Shown here: piece after piece, positions 51,508 through 60,559 of the stretch | How positions within the stretch are numbered: position 1 is the first letter of the stretch | How the letters are laid out: the number at the start of each line of letters is the position of its first letter | Assembly: GCA_965209055.1 (NCBI GenBank) | Contig: OZ242374.1 | Coordinates: forward strand, 608,001-672,000 | DNA length: 64,000 bases | Source: Acidobacteriota bacterium | GTDB taxonomy: Bacteria; Acidobacteriota; UBA6911; RPQK01; JAJDTT01 | Direction: 5' to 3' | Translations under genes and position numbers: made by a program | Notes under the pieces: generated by a model | Database searches by the model: none | What the model was told of the DNA's origin: nothing | Seen by the model: only the letters and a program-made list of their open reading frames with translations

Positions 51508-51741
51508 ATGGGCAGTTTGAGCATCAGAAATCTCGATGACCACATCATCACCCGCCTGCGTCTGCGCGCGACGCGACGCGGAGTATCCATGGAGGAAGAA
51601 GTCCGTTCGATTCTGCGAACGGCGGTATCCTCCTCCGAGCGCTTGGGAGATTTGGCCACCGAGCTTTTTGGTCCGAAACATGGCGTCAACGTCGACTTTG
51701 AGCCGCGCTCGCCGCATGCTCCACCGAACATCCTCGAATGA
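51508..51741 (+). CDS. FitA-like ribbon-helix-helix antitoxin
   Basis: MGSLSIRNLDD...LRLRA..RGVSMEEEVRSIL. Confidence 0.85.
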   Translation: MGSLSIRNLDDHIITRLRLRATRRGVSMEEEVRSILRTAVSSSERLGDLATELFGPKHGVNVDFEPRSPHAPPNILE

Positions 51742-51800
51742 TCGTGCTGGACGCTAACGTTGTCTCGGAGGTCACTAAGGCTGCGGTATGGCTCTCGTGA
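51738..51800 (+). pseudogene. Truncated VapC/FitB PIN toxin (20 codons)
   Basis: ATGA overlap with the antitoxin stop; translates to MIVLDANVVSEVTKAAVWLS*. Confidence 0.8.
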
Positions 51801-51954
51801 ATCCGTCCGCCACGCGGGCACCGTAACTGCCGCCGGTCGAGTCCGCCTGTTCGGTGACCCGATTCTACCGACCTGCCTTCCACGTGGATCGCCTAATCTT
51901 GCTCGCGAGGGGCTGCTATACTTTCAGCCGGAACCGCCAGTTCCTTTGACGGGA

Positions 51955-52043
51955 GCCGGAGTGGCGGAATTGGCAGACGCACCAGACTCAAAATCTGGCG
52001 GGTGGCGACACCCGTGGGGGTTCGACTCCCCCCTCCGGCACCA
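51955..52043 (+). tRNA. tRNA-Leu (CAA)
   Basis: GCCGGAG/CTCCGGC acceptor, CCAGA-CTCAAAA-TCTGG anticodon arm, long variable arm, GTTCGAC, encoded CCA; extended -10 TGCTATACT at 51914-51922. Confidence 0.95.
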
Positions 52044-52291
52044 CTTTTGGGGGGGGTGGCGTTGACTTCCTTTTCTTCTCTTGCTACACATTTCTCTATA
52101 CCGTTTGCATCCCAGTGCGATGTGTGTGTCTTTGACTGAATGGCGCATCCGCAAGACTCGGAGTCTCGGCGACTGACTTTGCCCAGCCAATATCGACAGA
52201 GTTCCGCCACGGCTCGTGGTGAACGCCGGATTCCAAGCAACCGTAGCGGACGAAGAGACTTCGGTTCCGCAACTCATTAATGGGAGGGTTC

Positions 52292-55200
52292 ATGAGACCG
52301 ACAATCCACCTGTTTTCCTGCCTTCTACTAGTGCTGATCCTCGGCTTCCAGCTCGGTGGACCGGTTCAGGCGCAGCGCGCCCAGCAGGGCGCCGGAAACA
52401 TCCAGGGGACCGTCACCGACGAATCGGGCGGCTTGATCCCGGGTGTGGAGGTGACCGCGCGAAACGTAGCCACCGGCATCGAGAGGATGTCGGTGACCGG
52501 CGACAGCGGCTACTACCTGATCCAGGCCCTCGGGATCGGCGAATATGAGATCTCGGCCGGCTTGACCGGATTCAAGACCAAGGTCGTGACCGGACAGCGA
52601 GTCACCTCGGAACTGACCCGGACGGTCGATATCGTGCTCGAGGTCGGCGACGTGACCGAAACGGTCACCGTCGCGGGTCAGGCGACACTGGTCAAAATGA
52701 CCGACACCACCGTGGCCCACGCCCAGGACTCGGAAGTGCTGGAAGTCCTTCCGGTCCACATGAGCTTCTTTGTCCGGCAGTCCATGGTGCTGATCAACAC
52801 CCTGCCCGGTGTGATCTTCAAGCCCACCTGGGACGGGAACAAGGGGACCATCCACGGTGTGGGCGACAACGGACCCCACCGGAACCCCCTCGGGTACAAC
52901 ACCGACGGTCATCAGAGCAGCATCAACTGGCATCAGGGGCTGCGCGACGAAACGGGTCCTGCGCCCGAGTTGATCGAAGAGTTTCGCATCGAGACCAATC
53001 AGGACGCGGAGAAGGGGTTCAACTCCGGGGTGTCCGTCGAGATGATCACCAAGTCGGGAACCAACGAATTCCACGGGAGTGGTTTCTTGTTTCACCGCAA
53101 CGACATCCTGGACGCGCGCCGGTGGACCGCCTCCGGGAAGGGCGAACAGATCCAGAACGAGTGGGGCTTCATTCTGGGGGGCCCCATCGTCCAGGACAAG
53201 GCCTTCTTCATGATGAACTACACCGGTTACGAGTGGTCCACGCAACCGAGCGGACGGATCGGAACCGTCCAGACCGAGCTCATGCGGCAAGGGAACTTCA
53301 CCGAGATCCTCGGTGCGTCCCTCGGGACCGACGTCCTGGGCCGGGAAGTCCGGGCCGGCATGATCTACGATCCCCTCACCACCCGGCCCGACGGGCAGGG
53401 CGGCTTCCTGCGTGATCCCTTTCCCAACAACACGATTCCCGACAGCCGAATCGGCGGTGTCGCCAAGCACCTCATGACGGCGTATCCGGGACCGAACCGG
53501 GGCGGACTGACCAACAACTACGAGGGCGAGGGTTCCGACATCTTCGACATCGACAAGGTCTATCTCAAGACCGACATCGAGCATGAGGACCACAAGGTCA
53601 CCATCGGCTGGGAAGACACCCCCAATATGAAGTTGAGCTTCCTGTCGCCGGCCAACCGGCTGAACAGCGTCGCGGTCGAAAGCCGCGGCGTCCGGGTTCG
53701 CCTCAATCACCTTTGGACGGTAAATCCGTCTCTCCTCTTCAGCACCCGGCTCGGAATCAACCGGATCACCTACGGAGAGGGAAAATTGCCGCCCGCCTCG
53801 GACCACTGTCCGGGTGGTTGCGTCCAGGGTGCGTTGACCACCGCGATTCCCAGACTAAGGATTCAGAGCGCGGTGGGAGGCGGTTTCGGCGACAACACCG
53901 ACACGGCCCAACACTTCCAGTCGACGGTTCCCGTCTTCATGGACCTGTCCTGGACCAGCGGGAACCACAACGTGAAGGTCGGCGCCCAGCTCAGCATCTG
54001 GGCTGGAAAATTTCTCGTGGAAAACCACACGGCCGGCACCTACACCTTCCGCAACCGCACCAGCGGCCTGCCCGGTTATCCGGACACGGGTGACGGATTT
54101 GCCTCCTTCCTCATGGGCGACGTGGACGAAGTCCTCCAGGAGACCGCCAGCGCCAGGAAGGTCACCAGCTACAGTTGGGCCTTCTACGTTCAGGACTCCT
54201 GGCGAACGACGCCGAAGCTGACCATCAACTACGGCCTCCGCTGGGAGATCCCCATACCTTTCCACGAGTCTCACCGGCGCTGGGGCCTCATGGACATCCA
54301 CACTCCCAATCCGGAGGCGGGCGGCCTCCCGGGCGGCCTCACCTTCTACGGAGAGGGAGAGGGACGCAACGGGCGGGTCCGGGCGTTCAATGTCGGCTTC
54401 AGGAGTTTCGGGCCGCGGCTGGGTTTTGCCTATCAATTGAACGAAAAGACCGTGGCGCGGGCCTATTACGGACTGATGTACTTCCCCATGAACGGGGAAA
54501 TGGGCAATGGCTCCGGCATGCCCAACCAGGGTTTCGGCGCCTCGGTGACCGCAACGACCCCGGACTTCGGTCTGACGCCGGCCCTCAATTGGGATCAGGG
54601 AATCAGCATTCTGCCCACCAACCTGCCTTTCCTGAATCCTTCCCTGATCAACGGCTCCTCGGTCGGTTTCGTGGACGTCAACGAGACCCAGCAGGGGACC
54701 GCCCAGAGGTTGGGTCTGGCCATCGAGCGGGAGCTCCCCTGGGATATGGTGTTCACCGCCGAATACATCGGTCTCTTGGGCCACGGCGTCATCGGCACCC
54801 AGATCGCCCGTTACAACCAATTGCCCCTGAGCTATCTGGCTCTCGGCAACCTCCTGCTGCAGGATATCGATTCCCAGGCTGCCAGAGACGCCGGCTACAC
54901 CCGGCCCTATCCGGGATTCACCGGGACCGTGGGGCAGTCCCAGCGGCGCTTTCCCCAGTACAACTGGGTGGCCCAGTTGAACTCCCACTCGGGTTTCAAC
55001 CTATACCACTCGGGCATCTTCATACTGCAGAAGCGGTTCTCCTCCGGGTTGAACTTCATGTTGTCGCACACCATTGCCAAATCGCTGACCTCGGGGGACG
55101 TCCGGGAGAGGGGCAGCTTCGCGCCCCGCGCCGGGTCCTCCTTGCAGCATTGGGATACCTGGAGTTCCTCCAAGACGCTCGTGCCGTTCAACCGCTCTTG

Positions 55201-55759
55201 GGCGACCAAGGCAAGCTTTTCTTGGGAACTGCCCTTCGGACGAGGCAAAGCCATCGGCGGCGGCGTTGGCCGATTGGGCAACCTGCTGGTCGGCGGCTGG
55301 AGAGTCGCGGGTCACATCGTCTACCACGCCGGCAATCCCCTGACCGTCGGGACGGGACAGTTCCTTCCCTATATGGGACCTGCGTGGGCGGTCTGGAATC
55401 ACGGCGTCGGGGTCACGACCGGCGTCAATTGCGGCGACTACGATCCCAACCAGACGGGACGAGACCGTATCTTCAATCCCGCAGCATTCAGCACCGCGCC
55501 CAATTTCACGTTGGGGAACTTCCGCGTCCATCCCAGTGCGCAAAACTGCGGATTCATGCAGGAAGACATTTCCATCATGAAGGATTTCCAGATCAGCGAG
55601 GGCGTGAGTTTCCGCTTCGCGGCGGAGATGTTCAACGCCTTCAACCGGGTCAACTGGCGCGAGGCGGGCAACAACGTGGACAGTCCCCAGGGTTTCGGAA
55701 AAATCGGCAACACCTTGGATCCGCGGATCATTCAGCTCTACTGGAAGATCAACTTCTGA
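52292..55759 (+). CDS. TonB-dependent receptor, Oar-like, with carboxypeptidase-regulatory-like N-domain
   Basis: IQGTVTDESGGLIPGVEV, KSGTNEFHGS, YVQDSWR..PKLTINYGLRW, PRLGFAY, C-terminal PRIIQLYWKINF. Confidence 0.9.
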   Translation: MRPTIHLFSCLLLVLILGFQLGGPVQAQRAQQGAGNIQGTVTDESGGLIPGVEVTARNVATGIERMSVTGDSGYYLIQALGIGEYEISAGLTGFKTKVVTGQRVTSELTRTVDIVLEVGDVTETVTVAGQATLVKMTDTTVAHAQDSEVLEVLPVHMSFFVRQSMVLINTLPGVIFKPTWDGNKGTIHGVGDNGPHRNPLGYNTDGHQSSINWHQGLRDETGPAPELIEEFRIETNQDAEKGFNSGVSVEMITKSGTNEFHGSGFLFHRNDILDARRWTASGKGEQIQNEWGFILGGPIVQDKAFFMMNYTGYEWSTQPSGRIGTVQTELMRQGNFTEILGASLGTDVLGREVRAGMIYDPLTTRPDGQGGFLRDPFPNNTIPDSRIGGVAKHLMTAYPGPNRGGLTNNYEGEGSDIFDIDKVYLKTDIEHEDHKVTIGWEDTPNMKLSFLSPANRLNSVAVESRGVRVRLNHLWTVNPSLLFSTRLGINRITYGEGKLPPASDHCPGGCVQGALTTAIPRLRIQSAVGGGFGDNTDTAQHFQSTVPVFMDLSWTSGNHNVKVGAQLSIWAGKFLVENHTAGTYTFRNRTSGLPGYPDTGDGFASFLMGDVDEVLQETASARKVTSYSWAFYVQDSWRTTPKLTINYGLRWEIPIPFHESHRRWGLMDIHTPNPEAGGLPGGLTFYGEGEGRNGRVRAFNVGFRSFGPRLGFAYQLNEKTVARAYYGLMYFPMNGEMGNGSGMPNQGFGASVTATTPDFGLTPALNWDQGISILPTNLPFLNPSLINGSSVGFVDVNETQQGTAQRLGLAIERELPWDMVFTAEYIGLLGHGVIGTQIARYNQLPLSYLALGNLLLQDIDSQAARDAGYTRPYPGFTGTVGQSQRRFPQYNWVAQLNSHSGFNLYHSGIFILQKRFSSGLNFMLSHTIAKSLTSGDVRERGSFAPRAGSSLQHWDTWSSSKTLVPFNRSWATKASFSWELPFGRGKAIGGGVGRLGNLLVGGWRVAGHIVYHAGNPLTVGTGQFLPYMGPAWAVWNHGVGVTTGVNCGDYDPNQTGRDRIFNPAAFSTAPNFTLGNFRVHPSAQNCGFMQEDISIMKDFQISEGVSFRFAAEMFNAFNRVNWREAGNNVDSPQGFGKIGNTLDPRIIQLYWKINF

Positions 55760-55827
55760 GGATCGCCGCCGACGGGCTGCACCATGGAAACAGGGTTGTC
55801 ACCATTCAGATGCAAAGGTCATAAACA

Positions 55828-56244
55828 ATGAAAGCCATCTCTTTGTTCCTTACGGTCCTCCTGGTCTTCTCGACGAGTCTGCAGGCCGGGCCCATCCCGG
55901 CTCAGAAGGCGATTCACCTCGTGTCGATCGAGGAGCTGAAGGGCCAGATCTCGGAACGGACGGCCGAACGCGCCGAAAATATTCGTGAAGTTCAGACCCT
56001 GCTCCGTCAGCCGGCGGTGCAGGATCGTCTGGGACACCTCTACGACCTGGAGCAGATCGCGGTCGCGGTACCCACGCTGGACGACCAGACACTGGCCCGG
56101 CTGGCGCGGGAAAGCGCTCAGATGAACGAGCAGTTCCAAGCCGGCCTGCTCGGCCTGTCATTCATGAGCTGGGTGGTCATCACGGGCCTCATCGTTTTCA
56201 CCGTGCTCGTTCTGATTCACACGTATGACCGGGGAGAACCCTGA
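55828..56244 (+). CDS. PA2779-like exported small protein with C-terminal hydrophobic tail
   Basis: Signal peptide ending LQA, helical core, TLDDQTLARLA...QAG, then a 25-aa hydrophobic segment. Confidence 0.65.
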   Translation: MKAISLFLTVLLVFSTSLQAGPIPAQKAIHLVSIEELKGQISERTAERAENIREVQTLLRQPAVQDRLGHLYDLEQIAVAVPTLDDQTLARLARESAQMNEQFQAGLLGLSFMSWVVITGLIVFTVLVLIHTYDRGEP

Positions 56245-56296
56245 CGCGTCACCGCGTGTAGGCGCGGCCGTTACTTCCCGCTCGGAAATCTCACCA

Positions 56297-56337
56297 TCGG
56301 GCTGGCCGCGCATGCCGCGGCCAGCCCGATATTTGTT
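56297..56337 (+). terminator. Strong hairpin / probable terminator
   Basis: ATCGGGCTGGCCGCG...CGCGGCCAGCCCGAT stem followed by ATTTGTT. Confidence 0.6.
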
Positions 56338-56402
56338 ATAGTCGCCTGATACGGCGTTCGGTTCCGCTCGCGAGTCCGGGAACGCTTCGACCAGTCGCGA
56401 TT

Positions 56403-58040
56403 ATGAAGAAGCAACACCACCCTCCGTTGCTGTCTCTGCTCCTCCTCATTGCGTCGCTTTCCTTTTCCGGCCCCGTGCTGGCCAAAGAAAAGGACGAGAA
56501 GAGAGACACCTCCGCCGTTCAAAAAGAGGAAGCGGAGGATTACTACCAGCGCTGGCTGAACCAGGATGTCACCTACATCATCAGCGACGAGGAGGAATCG
56601 GTCTTCAACAGCCTGACCAGCCCGGAGGAGAAGGAGTTGTTCATCGAACAGTTCTGGCGTCGCCGGGACCCGGACCTGAGGACGGCCATCAACGAATTCA
56701 AGGAAGAGCACTATCGGCGCATCGCCTACGTCAATGAGCGATTCTACGCCGGGGTGCCGGGCTGGAAAACGGACCGGGGGATGATCTACATCCTCCATGG
56801 ACCGCCTCATGAAATTGAGAGCTATGTGACCGGGGGCAATTACAATCGCTCCTTCAGCGAGGGCGGCGGCAGTACGGTGGTCCACCCCTTGGAGGTGTGG
56901 CGCTACCGGCACCTCGAGGGTGTCGGGGACGACATCGTTCTGGAATTCGTGGACCGCACCTACACGGGGACGTACAAGCTGGCCCTGTTCCCCGACGAAA
57001 AGGACGCCCTGCTCCATTTCGATGGATATGGCCTGACCCTGTCGGAACAGTGGGGCATCAGCGACAAGCAGCATCGTCCTTCCCTGATCGGCGGCAGGAG
57101 CACCGCCTACGAAACCCGGCTCCACAACAACAACCCCTTCCAGCGCTACGAGATCTTCTCTCGGGTCATGGTCCCCAAGAAGATCAAGTACAATGACCTC
57201 AAGGAGTTGGTCAAAGTGGAGATTGGTTTTTCCAACCTCCCCTTCCGGGTTCAAAGCGACTACTTCAAGCTCAACGACGGTCAGGTCCTGGTTCCCGTCA
57301 CCGTCGAGATCCGAAACAAGTTCCTTTCGTTCGAGCCCGAAGGCGAAGTGCACTCGGCCCGGGTCGGACTCTACGGCGTCGTCACCAGCCTCACCAACAA
57401 GTTCATCGAAGAATTCGATCAGGACCTGGTGATTTCGTTCGGACCCGAACGGCTGATGAGGGGCCTGGAGGGGCGGGCGACCTACCAGAAGGTCCTGCTT
57501 CTGGACAGCGGCACCCGCTACAAGCTCGACCTGATCATGAAGGACCTGACCAGCAACAACATCGGCGCCGTCAAGCATGGCATCATTCCACCGTCCAGCA
57601 TGCGGCAAAGGGAGAAGCTGAGCAGCAGCTCAATGCTGCTTTCCAATTACATGCAGGAGCTTCCCGAGGCGCCGGACCAGGACCAGATGTTCGTCCTGGG
57701 AGACGTCAAGATCCGGCCCAGTCTCGACAAGAGCTTTTCCAAGAAGCTCCCGCTGGGCGTCTACCTGCACCTCTACAACTTCGGCATGGACCAAGCCTCA
57801 AATTCTCCCCAGATGCAGGTGTCCTACCGAATCTCCCGCGACGGCGAAGTCATCGGCGAAGCCACCGACAGCCGCGGAGAATCGGTCCAGTTCTTCTCCG
57901 ACCGGAGAATGGTCCTGCTCAAGAGGTTGAGCCTGCGCACCCTGGAACCCGGCAAATACCGGCTCGAAGTCGAGGCCTGGGACCAGGTCAAGGACGTCAG
58001 GACCAGGATCCAGGAAAACTTCCAGGTCCAGGGAAGCTAG
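56403..58040 (+). CDS. GWxTD domain-containing exported protein
   Basis: Signal peptide, YYQRWLNQDVTYII, FWRRRDP, EEHYRRIAY.NERF, GWKTDRG.IYILHGPP. Confidence 0.92.
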   Translation: MKKQHHPPLLSLLLLIASLSFSGPVLAKEKDEKRDTSAVQKEEAEDYYQRWLNQDVTYIISDEEESVFNSLTSPEEKELFIEQFWRRRDPDLRTAINEFKEEHYRRIAYVNERFYAGVPGWKTDRGMIYILHGPPHEIESYVTGGNYNRSFSEGGGSTVVHPLEVWRYRHLEGVGDDIVLEFVDRTYTGTYKLALFPDEKDALLHFDGYGLTLSEQWGISDKQHRPSLIGGRSTAYETRLHNNNPFQRYEIFSRVMVPKKIKYNDLKELVKVEIGFSNLPFRVQSDYFKLNDGQVLVPVTVEIRNKFLSFEPEGEVHSARVGLYGVVTSLTNKFIEEFDQDLVISFGPERLMRGLEGRATYQKVLLLDSGTRYKLDLIMKDLTSNNIGAVKHGIIPPSSMRQREKLSSSSMLLSNYMQELPEAPDQDQMFVLGDVKIRPSLDKSFSKKLPLGVYLHLYNFGMDQASNSPQMQVSYRISRDGEVIGEATDSRGESVQFFSDRRMVLLKRLSLRTLEPGKYRLEVEAWDQVKDVRTRIQENFQVQGS

Positions 58041-58068
58041 GAGGGGCGACTTTCCTGTCGCCCATTCT
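58039..58068. repeat. REP-like palindrome; exact inverted partner of 60482-60510
   Basis: ggaggggcgactttcctgtcgcccattct (58040-58068) is the reverse complement of agaatgggcgacaggaaagtcgcccctcc. Confidence 0.75.
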
Positions 58069-58102
58069 TTCTTTTCTTACAACGTGAACGGGAGTTCGGC
58101 GG

Positions 58103-59818
58103 CTAGAAGCCGTCGCGCCAAGCCCCCGCTCCAACGCTGGGAAGCCCGGCCCAGTGATGAAAGGTCCGGCTCCTCGTATCCAGCCCCAGGAAAACATTCA
58201 GGAACTCCTGACCAAACACCGTGAGTCTCAAACCCACCCCAACGTCCTGAAACCACTCCCCCTCTCCCGGAAAAAACGGCCTGCCCGAGATGAACGCCGT
58301 ATCGCTGAAGACGAATCCCCCCACCTCGAGGAGCCCCCACCTCCACAGCCTCCGCCCCAGTTCCGCGCCCAGGAGAACAAAATCGCGCCCCATGGGACTG
58401 TTCCCTTTCCGGCCGTCCAGCAGTTCGGGATGAGCCTTGAGAGGCAACCGCGCGTCGGGCCCGATCCCGAAGAGAAAATAGTGATCCAGCGGCAGGTCCC
58501 GGCCCGAGACTCCACCCTGAATCGACAATCTCATCCGGGACTCCGTTTTCCCGGCCAGCGTCCAATCGATCCCCAAGCCTGACATCATCCTGTGGGAAGG
58601 ATCCCCCCCTCCCGCAAGAGGCGAAAAGGCATCGAACCGGGCCATCCAACTCAACCGGGCGTTCTCCCCCGCGTCGAGGCCCCAAAGCTGATTCCATTCC
58701 AGTCCCGCGGCCAGAAGATGAGGACTCCGTGTAACCTGGCTGGCGTCTCCGCCGAATCGAAATTTCTGGCGCTGGTATCCGCCGTGAAAGGCCAGGGACC
58801 TGCGTGCGGACATCAACCATTCGTAGCCGCCGAAGACCTTTTCCGTCCGGTAGTCATATTCCGTACCCGATGCGGCGTGGCTCCACTCCTCGTCCCGGAC
58901 ATCGAAGCCAAGACGCAACAGGTCGGAAGAAGACGAAACAAACGGAAACCAGGCGGATGCCCCGGCCCGTTTCCGGGGAGCGTCCCACCGAACCCCTCCC
59001 GCCAATCGCCGGCCCCGGCCGTCCCGCAACCCGAGACCGATCTCCCGATTGAGGACGGCTCGGGAGGAGTTTTCGATCAGGAACCCGGTCTTGTTGGAAA
59101 AAGAGTCGCTGGCTGGAGGAAGATCGACACGTAGATCCCAACGTCCCCCGGGCTGTGGGTCGAGCTGCCATCCGAACCGGGGTCCCAGCCTGAACCTGGT
59201 CTGGACCCAATACGCCTGCAGGAGCTGCCTCCGGTCCAGGACCTCCCCTTCATTGAATCGGAAGAGGGACTCCACCAGTTTCGGCGCCGCGTCCTCGGAA
59301 GCCGCGACCTGGATCTGAGCGATTTGAGGCTCGCCCAGCAGATTCCAGTGGTGCAGAGCCTCCAGCCGCCGGTCCTGGAGGTAGGAAAGGATGGCCAGGA
59401 AGCTCCGGGCGTAGCTGTTACTCGGGTCCAGCTGCAGCGCTGTCCCCAGGCTGGCTCGGGCCTTGTCCCTCCGGTCCTGTTTGAAATAAACGCCGGCCAA
59501 CTCCGCGTGGGCCGCCGCGTCGCCGGGCCTCAGGCGGACGGCGCGCTCCAGTTCCCGTTCGGCTTCGGCCCAACGCTCCTGCTTGGCCAGGGCCATGCCG
59601 AGCAGAAAGGTGGCCTCGCCGTTGGACGCCTCCTGTTGCAGAGCCTGCCGGAAGAGCAACTCGGCAGACTCGTATCGCTCCGCCTCCAGTTCCGTTCGGC
59701 CGCGGGAGAGTAGCTCTTCCGTGCCGGAGGCCAAGCCGGCCGGAGCGAAAAGCAGGCTCAGCAATACCAAGAGGGAGACGCGGACGGAAATCGGCGCCGG
59801 CCGGAAGTGCCCGAGCAT
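58103..59818 (-). CDS. TPR-repeat protein with POTRA-like segment and Omp85/BamA-like beta-barrel
   Basis: Signal peptide, about 4 TPRs, LFRFNEGEVLD segment, alternating beta-strands, C-terminal FSDTAF...DVGVGLRL. Confidence 0.65.
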   Translation of the reverse strand: MLGHFRPAPISVRVSLLVLLSLLFAPAGLASGTEELLSRGRTELEAERYESAELLFRQALQQEASNGEATFLLGMALAKQERWAEAERELERAVRLRPGDAAAHAELAGVYFKQDRRDKARASLGTALQLDPSNSYARSFLAILSYLQDRRLEALHHWNLLGEPQIAQIQVAASEDAAPKLVESLFRFNEGEVLDRRQLLQAYWVQTRFRLGPRFGWQLDPQPGGRWDLRVDLPPASDSFSNKTGFLIENSSRAVLNREIGLGLRDGRGRRLAGGVRWDAPRKRAGASAWFPFVSSSSDLLRLGFDVRDEEWSHAASGTEYDYRTEKVFGGYEWLMSARRSLAFHGGYQRQKFRFGGDASQVTRSPHLLAAGLEWNQLWGLDAGENARLSWMARFDAFSPLAGGGDPSHRMMSGLGIDWTLAGKTESRMRLSIQGGVSGRDLPLDHYFLFGIGPDARLPLKAHPELLDGRKGNSPMGRDFVLLGAELGRRLWRWGLLEVGGFVFSDTAFISGRPFFPGEGEWFQDVGVGLRLTVFGQEFLNVFLGLDTRSRTFHHWAGLPSVGAGAWRDGF

Positions 59819-59867
59819 ACGCCGGACATTGTAGTCAGTCGCGATTTCGGTTGTTGCCGCAGCCGGC

Positions 59868-60413
59868 TCAGGATGAAGTCGCGGGGATGACCAGAAGCGT
59901 CCAGTTTTCCAGCCGCGACCGCTGCTGCGCCATTTCTCCCGCCGGCCGCCGCTGATAGGGTCCCTTTACGGGATCGTGCACGATCCATTCCCGGCGGGAT
60001 TCGTCCCAGCCCACCAGCACCACATAATGATTGTTGGTCGTCAGGATGGACGGGTCGATCACGGTGATCAGTGGCCGTCCCTGCCGCAGGTGATCGAGCA
60101 TTTCGGCAGCGTCGCCGGCGAAGGAGTAGGCCTGGAACCCCTCCGCAGTAGCGAGCTTTTTCAGTTCGAGACCGCTCAGGCCCTTTTTCGGAAAGGGTTG
60201 GAAACGTCCCGCCAACTCACGATGATCGGCCGGATGCTTCCAGTAACGCAGCAGCATGGCGAGCACGGCGGGACCGCAGTAGTTCTCCGCCTGGCGGACA
60301 TAGGGGACTTCCAGGAAGAATCCCTTGGCGGGCGATTCCTCTTCTGCGTGTACGGTGAGGACCGATACGGCCAGCATCAGAATGAAAAGGACCCAGACCG
60401 GAAGCCTCAACAA
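59868..60413 (-). CDS. Exported C39-like (papain-fold) cysteine peptidase
   Basis: LEVPYVRQAENYCGPAVLAM (Gln, Cys), NHYVVLVG (His), HDP (Asp); signal peptide ending VHA. Start set at TTG 60413. Confidence 0.85.
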   Translation of the reverse strand: MLRLPVWVLFILMLAVSVLTVHAEEESPAKGFFLEVPYVRQAENYCGPAVLAMLLRYWKHPADHRELAGRFQPFPKKGLSGLELKKLATAEGFQAYSFAGDAAEMLDHLRQGRPLITVIDPSILTTNNHYVVLVGWDESRREWIVHDPVKGPYQRRPAGEMAQQRSRLENWTLLVIPATSS

Positions 60414-60481
60414 TTCTGGTGGAAAACCGGTGGGAGCGGCGGCTTTCTTGCCGCCGATTCTCGTGAGTGCGTGCGAAAGAT

Positions 60482-60539
60482 AGAATGGGCGACAGGAAAG
60501 TCGCCCCTCCCAACGGGGGACACGAATGTCCCCCCTCCT
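60482..60539. repeat. Tandem pair of REP-like palindromes
   Basis: gggcgacaggaaagtcgcccctcc followed by gggggacacgaatgtcccccctcct. Confidence 0.7.
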
Positions 60540-60559
60540 GGCACCACACGTTAATCGAA

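Noticed and set aside
52044-52291. Cobalamin or TPP riboswitch ahead of the TonB receptor
   Set aside because: No B12-box or TGAGA-type TPP consensus could be recognised by eye; an Rfam scan would be needed.
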